Below, piece after piece: positions 1-13,300 of a DNA stretch of 64,000 nucleotides. The notes under the pieces were generated by a model. It saw only the letters and a list, made by a program, of their open reading frames with translations. It had not been told where the DNA came from and did not search any database. Origin of the DNA: the human T2T-CHM13v2.0 reference genome, Homo sapiens; NCBI RefSeq assembly GCF_009914755.1, contig NC_060931.1; one strand, written 5' to 3'. The translations under genes were made by a program, and so were the position numbers. Each line of letters starts with the position of its first letter. The stretch's first letter is position 1.

Positions 1-583
1 TGGATCCAGAGTTAAACACAAACTCCCCGCTACCAGAGAAGAGTAGAGGTGCTGGAGGCCTCAGTTTGCACCAAAGAGTAGAGTGTCCCTGTGTCTGCTT
101 GGGCAGTGGATGGTGAAGGAGCTTCAGCCACAAGGGCTGGGAATCAGTGTCAGGGCAGGGACAGGGCAGGTAGAGGAAAGTAAGGTGTGATGTGGGCATG
201 TGGGGCCTGCTCTCCACCCACCAAACCTTTAGTTTCAGGGCTGTGCGGGACAGATGCATGGAGCAGCTGAGCCTGGGACCTGCCAAAGGGTGCAAGGGGC
301 AGTGGTGGCCTGCAGGGAGAGAAACTCGCAAAGGCCAGTTCCCGCAGGAAGCTCCAGAAACATTCCTGCCCCCACTCAGGAAGTGACCGTGAGAGACATG
401 CTGTCAGCCAGAAGGGTTCAGGCCCTGGAGAGCTGATAGGCTTTTCCCAGGCACTTTCTGCTGCTTCTACATGTGATCTGCTTTAATATTCACATAAATT
501 ATGCAGGATAAGTATTATTTTACCTGTTTATGTATCTGAAGGAAATCAGCTGTCCGGGGTCTCATACTTAATAACTGGCTGAA

Positions 584-965
<382 letters not shown>

Positions 966-1139
966 CTATCCTTTCACCTGCTTTCCCCTTTACAGGTCCC
1001 CATCAACAGGTTGTGAAGTTCATGCCTCATACGTAATCAGTATAGTCTCTTCCCTGAGAAGTCCAAGGAACATGTGACTTCCAGGCCAAGCATATACATT
1101 CATCCTTCATTGAGACAAAAAAAAAAAGTGTAATTTTCT

Positions 1140-1589
<450 letters not shown>

Positions 1590-1964
1590 TCACTAGTTAA
1601 TTTATTTTATTCTTTTATTCAATAAACTTTTTTGGGGGACCTACTGTGTATAAGATACCCTATGTCATCAAATAGAAAATGAAAAAGAAAAGTATCTGCA
1701 GATGATGGCAGATTTTAAAAAATAAAAAAAGAAAATAAATAAAGAAAGAAAGAATATTTTAAAATAAAAAATATTTTTTGGCTATTTATAACACTAAGGT
1801 CTGCATTTATTTTCATTTTTCAATTGTTTTATGTTTATTTTCAATTGTTTTATGTTTAGTGTACTTAGTTTTTGAATTTATATATTTCCTTTCTTCTTCT
1901 CATTCTCTCTTTGGTTTCTCCTTCTCTCTTCTTTGCCAGCTTGTATTTCTTTTTTATTTAAACT

Positions 1965-2320
1965 TTTGGTAAGGACATTTAACATGAGACCTATCCTCTG
2001 AACAGATTTTTAAGTGTACAAAACAGTATCATAGTCTACAGGCACAAGGTTGTACAGAAGATCTCTAAAACTTCCTCATCCTGCTTAACTGAAATTTTAT
2101 ACCTGTTGACAGCAACTCTGCATTTTCCCCAACTCCCAGCTCTTGGAAAGAAACATTCTCATCTTTGCTTCCATGAGTTTGACATGGTTGCCTCATATAA
2201 ACAGAAACATGCAGTGTTTGCGTTTCTGTGCTTGACTTGTTCACTTAGAACAATGTCCTCCAGGTTCATCTATGACACATATGGAAGGATTGTTTTTCTT
2301 TTCTAACCCTTAATAATATT
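1965..2320 (-). mobile_element. old L1 (L1M) 3'-end fragment
   Basis: ACATTTAACATGAGA…TTTTAAGTGTACA…TCACTTAG motifs typical of L1M 3' UTR; paralogous copies at ~27780-28150 and ~60040-60400. Confidence 0.65.
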
Positions 2321-2594
2321 CCATGTTTCAGATCTGCAGGATTAAATGGATATAACATTTGGCTATTTCTATGAAACTCTCTGTCATGTGAGTGGCAGAG
2401 TCATTTGCAGAGCTGCAAGCACTGAGTTTATTCAGGCACATTCACAGATAAATTCTGCTCCATGGAGAACATTCAGAAAAAAATAATAATGCCAACTTTT
2501 ATTTGTCAATTCACTATATGCCAAATAAAAATCTTTCATTTGAAAAAGTTCAATTAATTAGAAATTCAGCTATCAGAAAAAAACCTTAAGATGC

Positions 2595-2730
2595 AAATGC
2601 TATTCTCATTTTACAGATGAGGGAATTGGCTCATAGGTTAAAAAACTTGACCAAATTGAAGAGCTATTAGGATACAGTATTGGGACTTCAACCTGATCTG
2701 TCCAATTTTTGCATTTATAACTCTGTGCTA
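2595..2730. mobile_element. MIR fragment
   Basis: MIR core ATTCTCATTTTACAGATGAGG. Confidence 0.6.
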
Positions 2731-3189
2731 TAGTGCATTTCATAGAGAGAGATGCCTACCTTCAAAAATCAGAATATTGGATCCTACATCCCTTTCAGAT
2801 CAACTGGCTCTAACAACATGGAAAGAGATCAGTTTACCCTGGAGACAGTGATGTAAGGAGAGATCTCTGGCTAGATGCCATGACACTCAGCCCTGACTCC
2901 CATTCTAACACCAACTTGTAAAGACCTGAGGCCATTCTTGACATGCTGCGTTTAGTTTGTGTTTTGGGTTTTTATTTTTTTCTGTAAAATGAGATGACTA
3001 CTGCCCTTATGAAGAGTTGTACAAAGATTTAATATGACAAAGTATCTAGCATATAGTAGATTCTAGCTATTTTGATTTCCTTTGCTAATCTCAAACAGCC
3101 TCTTCCACTGTGCCAATGAGCAAAGACAAATATGAACACATTCTGCCCAGGAATCTTAGGTTGAGGACTCAGAACTCACAGAAGTTGAA

Positions 3190-4328
3190 ATATATATGCT
3201 TGATGATTCATTTGATGAAATTACCTGCAGAACATAGCGTACATGCCTTCTCAGACATTTTAAAATCAGCACAATTGATATATAAATTGTACAATATAAA
3301 CATTACACATGTTAAATAAACAGATCAATGGTTATATATATATATATATATATAGACATATATATGGGTTATAAGGATATATATGTATATCCTTATAACC
3401 ACTATCCCTATAAAAAGGTCTCTATCACCCAGAAATCTCTCTCATACCCCTTTGCCATGACTCTCTCCATCTCTGACAACCAATGATGTGATTTCTATCA
3501 CTGGAGAATACATTTTTTTCAAAAAATCTATTAGTAACATTTTAAAACCTGTATTGATTAATCCTTTTCAAATACATACATTTAAGAGTGCAAGGTGCTC
3601 CTGGAAAGTTTTATGGTTTTAAAAGAGGCTAAATTTCTGTGAGCTACCTGATCCATGTTAGGGACAATCCTATCTGGAGATAGGTAAGAGGATGAAATAG
3701 CCTCAAAATTACTTTCCAGCTGGTGGAAGCTCATTCTCCAAAATTATTTATTCATTTTTATTTATTTCTTTTCTCATCTACCCACTCATTCAAATTATTT
3801 ATTTTATAATGGTATTGTGACAACAATTAATCATTTTAATGGAATTATTTTGAGTTCCCATATCACACATATTTAATTGGCCTTCAAGTTCACACACTGA
3901 ATGCAACGGCACCAAACAAACCATGGTAACAGTGACTTTGTTGAGAGATGGTGTCATATGTGGAAAAGGGTTCTCTTTGCTTTTACCGCAAGTATCCAAC
4001 CCATAAAACCTGAACTTTGAGCTAGGAAATCTCCCTTTTTGTTCTGGCCCTACCCTGGGCACCAGGCTCCAGCACCATGTCTCCTTCTGGGTTCTGGCCC
4101 AGAGAAGTTCTTGGCACAGTTGTAGCACCCACTCATGGGCTTGCTGGATCCCAGCTGTGAATGACAGTAGCAGGGCCCCCTTTGCTCTGACTTTAATTTC
4201 TGTGTCCTTCTCAAATAAGCCCTATAGATGCTGAGTGGCCTGGGCCCCTGCCATGTGCTTGGGCTGAAAGAAAGACAGCACGTGGGGAGGTGAGCAGGAG
4301 CGAAGTTGAAGCAAATCTAGAATTGACA
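3190..4328 (+). repeat. segmental duplication block, paralogous to 13765-14924
   Basis: High identity by eye over ~1.1 kb; more diverged copies at ~7340-8400, ~28990-30050 and ~61390-62510. Confidence 0.9.
4055..4300 (+). pseudogene. degenerate TRBV relic (leader + intron + start of V exon), copy 1
   Basis: CTG GGC ACC AGG CTC… leader-like start; acceptor-like ATAAG|CCCTATAGATGCTGAG at ~4220. Confidence 0.55.
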
Positions 4329-6482
4329 TGGAAAGGACTTTGGACATAAATCCCTAGGCAGTGGTGAGCCACTGGTCCTACTCCAAGTGAAACAACATGA
4401 TGAAACTGATATTGTGTTACAGTAACATTGGTAGTAGTACGGATCTGAAAGGAGATAGATTTTTGGGTGGCATGAATGATTAGGAGACTTCTAAATATCC
4501 TCCATGAAAGATTAGAAAGGGTTTATGTAAAGCATTGTGGAAGACATAGGCTTGAGGCTCTGGATTATGTTATCTCTTGGAAAGAGTGTTGGGTTTTATT
4601 CTGGAAGGGTTAAATGTAGGACTTGCTAGGTTCTATTTGAGCTTTGCCCTTCCTCTTAGGGAGCCCCAGCCTGTGGTCATCATTGCTAGTGCATGGCCTT
4701 CCCAGGGTCTTAGTGGGAATCACAGTGTATTCGCCACATCACTCCACTGCAACTGGGTCTGAATGCCCTGGCTCTTCTGAAATCTCTGCCCATGTCTTCA
4801 GCCTTCCAGAACTTGTTCTCTGCTCAGCCTTCTGGTCTGCCACCCTCTGCATACACAATTTAGGATCTGGCTCAGGAAAAAAAAAAAGGGGGGTTTCTTA
4901 CATATAATTTTTGGGTTCCTTTTTACTACCCTGTGTCTTAAATCCCAGCTGTCTTGGAGTCAGTTATGTCCTATCTTCAATCACATAAACTAACGATATT
5001 TGGTACAGACATGTTTACTGACTTTACTTCACGTTACCATTCCACTCTTCACTCTTCTTTCTTGCAATTCAGACAGTCCTGAGGTCATTCTCCTTCTTCA
5101 GATCCATCTGGAATTCAGATGACTTCAACTCACCTGTCACCCACCCTATGCTTTGAGACATGTTTATGTTAGCTACTGACCTCAGGGTAGTCAAGCCTCT
5201 CATTGTCATTGTTATTCAAGGTAGGTTGAATCCCACTAAAAAACAAAAATCCTTGAAATTTGGTTTCCTTATTGAGAGCCACACGATGCAATCAAATTCT
5301 TTTTAATTCAATTTTTTTTTCTTTTTTGGTGGAAGGGCCAAGAACTGTTTCCTTGCTGAAGCAGACTCCTATTATAATAATTTGAATACTAACAACATTA
5401 ACCTTTAAATCAGGTTGATGTTAGGTTCTTATCTAAGAATGAAGTATATCCAACTGTAGCAGGTTGAAGGTCTCTCATATATGTAACCTGTTCAGGACGA
5501 GACAATTCAACCACTTTTCTTAAATTCTGATCTACATGCCTTTACATTCTTTGCTTTAAGGGCCACATAAAAATACTCTGAAACAATTTATACATCAGAA
5601 AAATGCTAACACTTTCCTCCTGGCCCAGCACATCTCCAAGTTAAAAAAATCTCTAAATTATCAACCCATAGTTTAATCATGGTAACTCCCTTCTACCCCC
5701 AACATAGATTTTTATGTAACTGATTTGTAACTACAACCTTAACCGTACAATCACAATTGTCATTATAAAATACTAACAAACATGTGCTATTAACAATGGA
5801 TGGTTAAAATCACTTAGGGATTATGAATCATTTCATTTTTGTGTTTATTTATTATGTCAGTTTCAAGCTGATTTCCCTTTCCCTTGTTCCACACACCTTG
5901 GGTTGTTCTTTTTCAGCATCCTGTGTATGTTAGCTCTAAGCCCAGCCAAGGCTCATGCCCCTCCACTTCAGGGACAGAGGGTGGCTCATCCCTTTCGTGC
6001 TCCCTCAGCTCCCTCCCCGGTGCCTGGTTGCTGGTTGGCATCACAGCCATGCCCTTGAAAGATGGGCGCTGGTCCACACTGCATCCGTGGTCATGTAGCC
6101 ACCCTCCCTCCACAGAACCGAGCAAAAAGGGCTCCACCGCGCTTAGGCATTGAGGGAATGGACATTTTGAATGGTGCTGTCTTGTGTGATCCCTCAGAGG
6201 AGAAGGAGATTTCTTGAATGGGAGTGGTCTGTTGCTGAGAGGGATCCTGAAAGACACGGGGACAGAGACAGGGGTAGGATCCACATAATGAGGAAGCAGC
6301 TGAGAACAAAGGAGCCCCTGCCAGAGGAATATCCTTGGGGGGTAAAAAGCTGGCTCTGCCCTTTCTCCCCAGCCCATTCATCCCAGCCCAGACAATTCAA
6401 ATCTGCCTTCTATCAGGACCTAGAAAGGATGTAAAACGGCCGGGTATAAATATCCCCTGGGTCTGGGGAAACTGTCAGGAGC

Positions 6483-6492
6483 AGTGACATCA
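6483..6492 (+). promoter_or_regulatory. TRBV promoter decamer (CRE-like)
   Basis: AGTGACATCA ~100 bp upstream of the ATG; TATAAA at ~6445. Confidence 0.85.
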
Positions 6493-6587
6493 CAGGAAAA
6501 ACCACCAACCAAGGCCAAGGAGACCAGAGCCCAGCACCTCACCCAGAGGACCCCAGTCAGAGGCCCCATCTCAGACCCGAGGCTAGC

Positions 6588-7041
6588 ATGGGCTGCAGGC
6601 TGCTCTGCTGTGCGGTTCTCTGTCTCCTGGGAGCGGGTGAGTTGGGTTCACATCAGCTGTCCTTGAATTCGAAACTTTTTCCTTGTGATTTCAGCAACAA
6701 GCCTCCTCCTGGGCTCTGCCTGAATTTTGTCCCTTTCCCCCCGCAGTCCCCATGGAAACGGGAGTTACGCAGACACCAAGACACCTGGTCATGGGAATGA
6801 CAAATAAGAAGTCTTTGAAATGTGAACAACATCTGGGGCATAACGCTATGTATTGGTACAAGCAAAGTGCTAAGAAGCCACTGGAGCTCATGTTTGTCTA
6901 CAACTTTAAAGAACAGACTGAAAACAACAGTGTGCCAAGTCGCTTCTCACCTGAATGCCCCAACAGCTCTCACTTATTCCTTCACCTACACACCCTGCAG
7001 CCAGAAGACTCGGCCCTGTATCTCTGTGCCAGCAGCCAAGA
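6588..7041 (+). CDS. TRBV4-2: TCR beta V segment; leader 6588-6636, V exon 6747-7041; functional
   Basis: [16 protein letters not shown]|GT..AG; CDR1 LGHNA, CDR2 YNFKEQ, ends YLCASSQ. Confidence 0.96.
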
Positions 7042-7080
7042 CACAGCCTTGCAGAGTCACCGCTTTCCTGTGCAGAAACC
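7042..7080 (+). other. 23-RSS of TRBV4-2
   Basis: CACAGCC-23 bp-GCAGAAACC. Confidence 0.95.
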
Positions 7081-8159
7081 TTAGGGGCCCTCCAGGAAGC
7101 TGTGGGGGCCACCAAAGCCTTTGATGAACATTTCCTACAAGAGCCCCGGCAGAAGATTCAGAACATCATAGCACCTTTAATGGCATAAAATATCTAGCAT
7201 ATAGTAGAAGCCTAGCTATTTTGATTTCCTTTGCTGATCTCAGACAACCTCTTCCACCACACCAATGTGCAAAGACAGATATGGACACATTCTGCCAAGA
7301 AATCTTAGGTTGAGGACTCAGAAGTCACAGAAATGGAAATATATATGCCTGATAATTCATCTGATAAAATTAACTAGAGGATGTAGCATACATATCTCCT
7401 CAGGCATTTAAAAATCAACATTATTGATCTTTAAAGTATATGAAGTTAACAGGACACCTTTTAAATGAACATATCTGTGATTTTTGAGCAACATATATCT
7501 ATATATGCAACCCCACCTCTATGAAGATGTATCTGCATCACCCAGAAAGTCCCTCACTCCCCTCTGCAATGCCTCTGTCTGTCCCAGCAACCAATGATGT
7601 GACTTCTATCACTGGAGAGTCGTTTTGTTGGCAAATATTTTTAATGCAAATGTCAAACCTCTTCTGAATAATCCTCTTGAATACATAGCTAAATCATCAA
7701 GGCAGGGAGGAGTTCCTGGAGGTTTTATGGTTTTAGAAGTGGTTGAAGCTAGGTGAGCTACCTGACCCATGGTAGGGACAATTCTATCTGGAGATGGATA
7801 TTGTGCCGAAATAACCTCAAAAGGTCTTTTCGGATGGTAGAAGCTGATTCTACAAAATTTATTCATTTTCATTCGTTTATTTTCTCGTCAATTCATTCAA
7901 TCAAATAATTTTATGTTACGTTTTGACAAAAGTTAATCATCTTTAAGGAAATTATTTTGAGTTCCCATCAGACACACAAGCAGCTGGGCTTTGTGTTCAC
8001 ACAGTGAGCATGCTGGGGTCAAGCAAACCATGATCACAGTGACTTCATTGACAGATGATGTCTTATTGGGAGAAGGGTTCTCTTTGACTTGACCCCATGT
8101 GTCCAACCCATAAAACCTGAGCCTTAGGCTAAAATCCATCTTCCTTTTCTCACCCTGCC

Positions 8160-8430
8160 CTGGGCACCAGGCCACTGTGCTGTGTGTTTCTCTGTCTCCT
8201 GAAGCAGAGTCCTGGGCGCAGATTTGGAACCTATTCGTGGGCTTGTTTGATCCCAGCTGTGACTTTCAGTACCAGGGGGTCCTTTGCTGTGACTTGAATT
8301 TGTGTTTTCTTTACTCTTAAGTTCCACAGATGCTGAGTGACCCAGACCCTGGTCATGCTCTTGTGCTGAAAGGAAACCAGCACACGGGGAGGTGAGCAGT
8401 ATATGAAACAAAATCATGTATTTACAACCA
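8160..8430 (+). pseudogene. degenerate TRBV relic, copy 2
   Basis: CCCTGCC|CTG GGC ACC AGG CCA CTG TGC TGT GTG TTT CTC TGT CTC CTG leader; acceptor at 8320-21 followed by GATGCTGAGTGACCCAGACCC (DA.VTQTP-like). Confidence 0.65.
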
Positions 8431-8629
8431 GTGGCAAGACTTACTGGCAGGTGCTTTGTTCAAACACTGTTAAGAATTTGAAGATCATGACAGTAGAATG
8501 TGAAACCAAGTGCAGGGTCCTTCCAAATGCAGGCCTCTGTGCACCAAAGATAGACTTTTGGAGCTCATTTTTTTTAAACAAAAACGGAAACAACACTCTA
8601 TGTTCATGGCTGTAGGCCATGCGAGAATA

Positions 8630-9135
8630 TTTTTTTAAATTTTAATTTAATTTTTATTTTTCCATATATTATTGGGGTACAGGTGGTATTTGGTTATATG
8701 AGTAAGTTTTTAGTGATGACTTGCAAGACTTTGGTGAACCCACCATCTGAGCAGTATACACTGCACCATATTTGTAGTCTTTTATCCCTCACCCGCTCCT
8801 GCTGTTTCCCCAACACTTCCCCAAAGTCCGTTGTATCATTCTTATGCCTTTGTGACCTCATAGCTTTGCTCCCAAATATCGGTGAGAACATGCTATGTTT
8901 GGTTTTACATTTCTGAGTTACTTCACTTAGAATAATAGTCTCCCATCTCATCCAGGTAGATCATTCCAAATGCTGTTTATTCATTCCTTTTTATGGCTGT
9001 GTAGTATTTCATCATACATATATGATATATATATGATATATATGATATATATGTGATATATATGATATATATATGATATATATATATCACAGTTTCTTTA
9101 TCCACTCGTTGATTGATGGGCATTTGGGTTGGTTC
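8630..9135 (-). mobile_element. L1 3'-end fragment (old L1PA/L1MA-like) with internal (ATATATG)n
   Basis: L1 3' UTR motifs; duplicated at 30282-30787; absent from the TRBV6-4 paralogous region. Confidence 0.8.
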
Positions 9136-9699
9136 CTTTTTCTTTATCACTAAATTAATGGCAGCAATAAATCCAGAACATTCCTCATTACCCTAAAGTC
9201 AGCCCTGTCTCCCAAACTCCCTTACACATCAGGATACCTTTGTGCCCATAGATCATGGGCAGTGCTTGGCAGCCACCACTGTCCACACAGAGAGGGTAGT
9301 CAGTAACGTGAGGTGGTTCTGCCTGCTGGGATCTCACCCCAGGCACAGAAAGAAGGAGCCCTGGGTGGAGCTGAAAGTGCTCATCTGGGTTTGTCAGGAG
9401 TCCCATCTGTCAGTGAATTCACAAGAAACAGAACAAAACAACTCCTTCAATGTTGATGAGACTGCCCCTGGGATTTGGAAAGCTAATAACAGAGAAAACC
9501 AATATAGACAAAGGATTTTAAACAGGACTATCGGATTATGATCAATTAAGCAAATTAGAAAAGGATACTTGAAGGAGTATTTGGGACACAGGAATCAAAA
9601 ACACCAGGAAGACATGAGGAGTTTTTCCAAGATTGTAGACTATAGCAATACTTAGATAACCAATACCAGTGTATTAATGAGTAATTATTAGTATTATTA

Positions 9700-9985
9700 T
9701 TTTGAGATGGAGTCGCACTCTGTCATCAAGGCTGGAATGCAGTGGCATGATCTCGGCTTACTGCAACCTCCGCCTCCCTGGTTCAAGAATTCTGGTGCCT
9801 CCGCCTCCCGAGTAGCTGGGACTATAGGTGCACGTCAGGATGCCTGGATAATTTCTATATTTTTAGTACAGATGGGATTTCACCATGTTGGTCAGGCTGG
9901 TCTCCAACTCCTGGCCTGAAGTGATCTGCTCTCTTCAGCCTCCCAAAGGGCTAGGATTACAGGCATGGGCCACTATGCACAGCCA
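9700..9985 (-). mobile_element. Alu
   Basis: Reverse Alu consensus; duplicated at 31352-31637. Confidence 0.93.
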
Positions 9986-10223
9986 AGTAATTTGTATCAT
10001 CATGGGAATAAAAAATATACATTGAGTTACAAACTAATTACCAAAAGATATTTAAAAAATGGTAGACTTGCATCGATTCAGACAAAGGCATTCTTCCCAT
10101 CCAAACTGTTCACTGGTGCATTGATCTTGAATTTGACCATCTGGGGAAGGGGCGTGGCCTCTCCTGACAGCAAGGCTCTGGGGCCCAGGCAGGGAGAATG
10201 AGGTCTCAGAATGACGCCCTTGA

Positions 10224-11039
<816 letters not shown>

Positions 11040-12499
11040 TGAAATAGGATTTGTATTTCAGATCCATCTAGACTCCCGTCTCTACCTGGGTACCACGTGC
11101 TTTCCTCTCTCTATGATTTTTCCTCATGTTGAACCCTACGGTGGTCTCAGCTGCAGCCTGCATTTCCTATATTCACAGTCGCCCTCCAAGGCCTTGCTGG
11201 GTTTCTCCTCCCCGACCTCCCTGCCCTTCTCTACTCCAGCCATGTTGAGAGACTCCAAAGTCCATTTCCTGTGCCCTGGGCTGGAGCCTTCCTTTCTGTA
11301 GTGGTCAACACCTACCTGTGCTTCAGATCTCAGCATCATCAGCCCTAGTGATAATCACCATTATGCTTCCCTTGGCTCCCAGCTGAGGTCAGTTTCCCTC
11401 TCATAATCTCTCATGGTATCATGTGTCTGTTAATCAGTAGAATTTAGCACAGTTGGAATCTTCCAAGTACTTTAAACCCCATGAAGGCCAAGGCTATGCC
11501 TGGGTTATAAATCAGCAGCTGAGCCTGGCACAAGGGGAGATGCATTTCAGAGAATGGATGAGTCAGTGATGGAGTGAGTGATGAGTGGATGGATGAATCC
11601 ATAACAGGAGCACCCTAGATCCATTTTACCCTTGCGGAGATCTGGCTGTAAGTACAAGAACTCTTACCCTTTTGATTGCTGGGCTACGGGAGGTCCTTGA
11701 AATTAATGGGGAGTCGCTATCATGGGCAGCCCCACCTTGGTCAAAGATTCCTCCTGAGTCTGCAGCACCAGACCTCCTCCAGGTCTCTGTGCTCTCCTTC
11801 AGACTCTTTCCCACAACAACTCTACACAGATCAGAGATCCCTTTCCAGAAACCCATGCATAGAGTTGTGTTATTTTGGAACCACTTCTGGTACCAAAAAC
11901 TCCATTAGGTTTACATCAATAAAACAGAATCACTAAAAGTACTATGGAGAGGAGGATTTATGACAGGAGTTAGACCTTATATAAATGTAGGGGGAGCTGA
12001 GGAAGAGAAGGTCTGGAGGGGAGATATAGCTAGGCAGATTTAATTCATGATTAATGTGACCGTGACCTCTTATTCTACTCAAAGGAGAGCATATGATTTC
12101 AACAAAAAAAATATTGATTTTCCTTTGTAAAAGTTTGATCCAAATAGTGAGCTATTTTTGTCCCATAATTGTCTTAAGTTGGCTAATGGTGGAACAAATC
12201 CGACTTTGATTTCCTTGAAAGAACAGGAAAAAAACCGTCATTCATATACAGTCTTACAGGCTCTATTTCATGGAGGAAGCATAATAAATAGGAAAGAGAA
12301 AATCAGAATTCTCTTCTGGAACCTACATTGGGACTGTCCTCAGAGCAGGTTGTGATGTGAGGAATCAAATCTACAGGGGTATTTCGCAGCTTGGAGCGCA
12401 GCAGACTGTTCCCGACCCCATGCATTTGGGGGTGAGACCAGAGACAGTTGAAAAACTATGGAATCTTGACATTCTGCACTCTCAAGCCTGGCCTCTCCC

Positions 12500-13300
12500 T
12501 GAATTTCACAGATTAACATAAGACCAATTTATTCCGACTATTAAAAGTATTAGAACAAAAACCAAGGAGGACCAGTGAGCAGAAGCAATAAACCATTAAA
12601 ATGGACATCCTAAAGATTTAAAATTTTGCCATCATAAGATGTGAACGTTTGAAGAGCTACATTTAAATGAATACAAGAAGGGACTGAAACAAGAATACAC
12701 ACAAAAAAGAGACGGCCCGAAACCATCAAAAAACATTAAAGAAATAATCAAATAGAATGTCTAGAAATCATTACGATTACTCCACAAAACAAAATGGAAG
12801 CTAAACAGCAGATTCAATGCTTCTAAAGAGATTGTTAGCAATATCAAAGGAGGATCTCAAGAAATCACCTAGAATGCAGCACAGAAAATTAAATGTAAAA
12901 TATAAAAAAAGTGAAGGAACAAGGAAAAAATGAAGTTTCTAGAATATTAGAAAGCATATAATGTTTTATTGAAACTTTTCTTACTTTCTTGTATATAACT
13001 GACGTTTCAGAAAGAGAAAATAAGGCAAATGATCTGAGGTGATTGTGTATGTGATGCTAGCTGAGAATGTTCCTGAGATGTTTGAGGACCGAAATCCTCG
13101 TTCAAGAATTCAGATGAATTGCAAGACAAGTAGGCAAGTCCCTGTGAAACTGCAGACCATAAATGACAAAGAGAAGATTTTAACAGCAGTCAAAAGGGAA
13201 AGATAAATAACTTCCAGTGGAATAGAATGAAAGAAATAATCAAAGTCAAGAAAGAGGATTAAAAATAACCATTCAATAAGAATTGTAGTCCTCATTTATT
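12500..13300 (+). mobile_element. degraded L1 ORF1-region fragment
   Basis: A-rich, with GAAATCACCTAGAATGCAGCACAGA L1M-like motif; copy at ~34150-34950. Confidence 0.5.

Larger units (their letters stand above)
4325..7176 (+). repeat. TRBV4 duplication block, paralogous to 21399-24294
   Basis: Colinear high identity; offset 17,118 bp at the gene. Confidence 0.95.

Noticed and set aside
5913-6377. Minus-strand V-like hints upstream of TRBV4 (QAPGREL, acceptor TCTTTCAG, PVGS in the paralogue)
   Set aside because: No conserved Cys/Trp or RSS in register; compatible with chance
9278-9400. Minus-strand mini exon-intron (GTGAGA…GGACAG) suggesting an antisense transcript
   Set aside because: Intron would be only 59 nt, and the AG is not conserved in the TRBV6-4 paralogue
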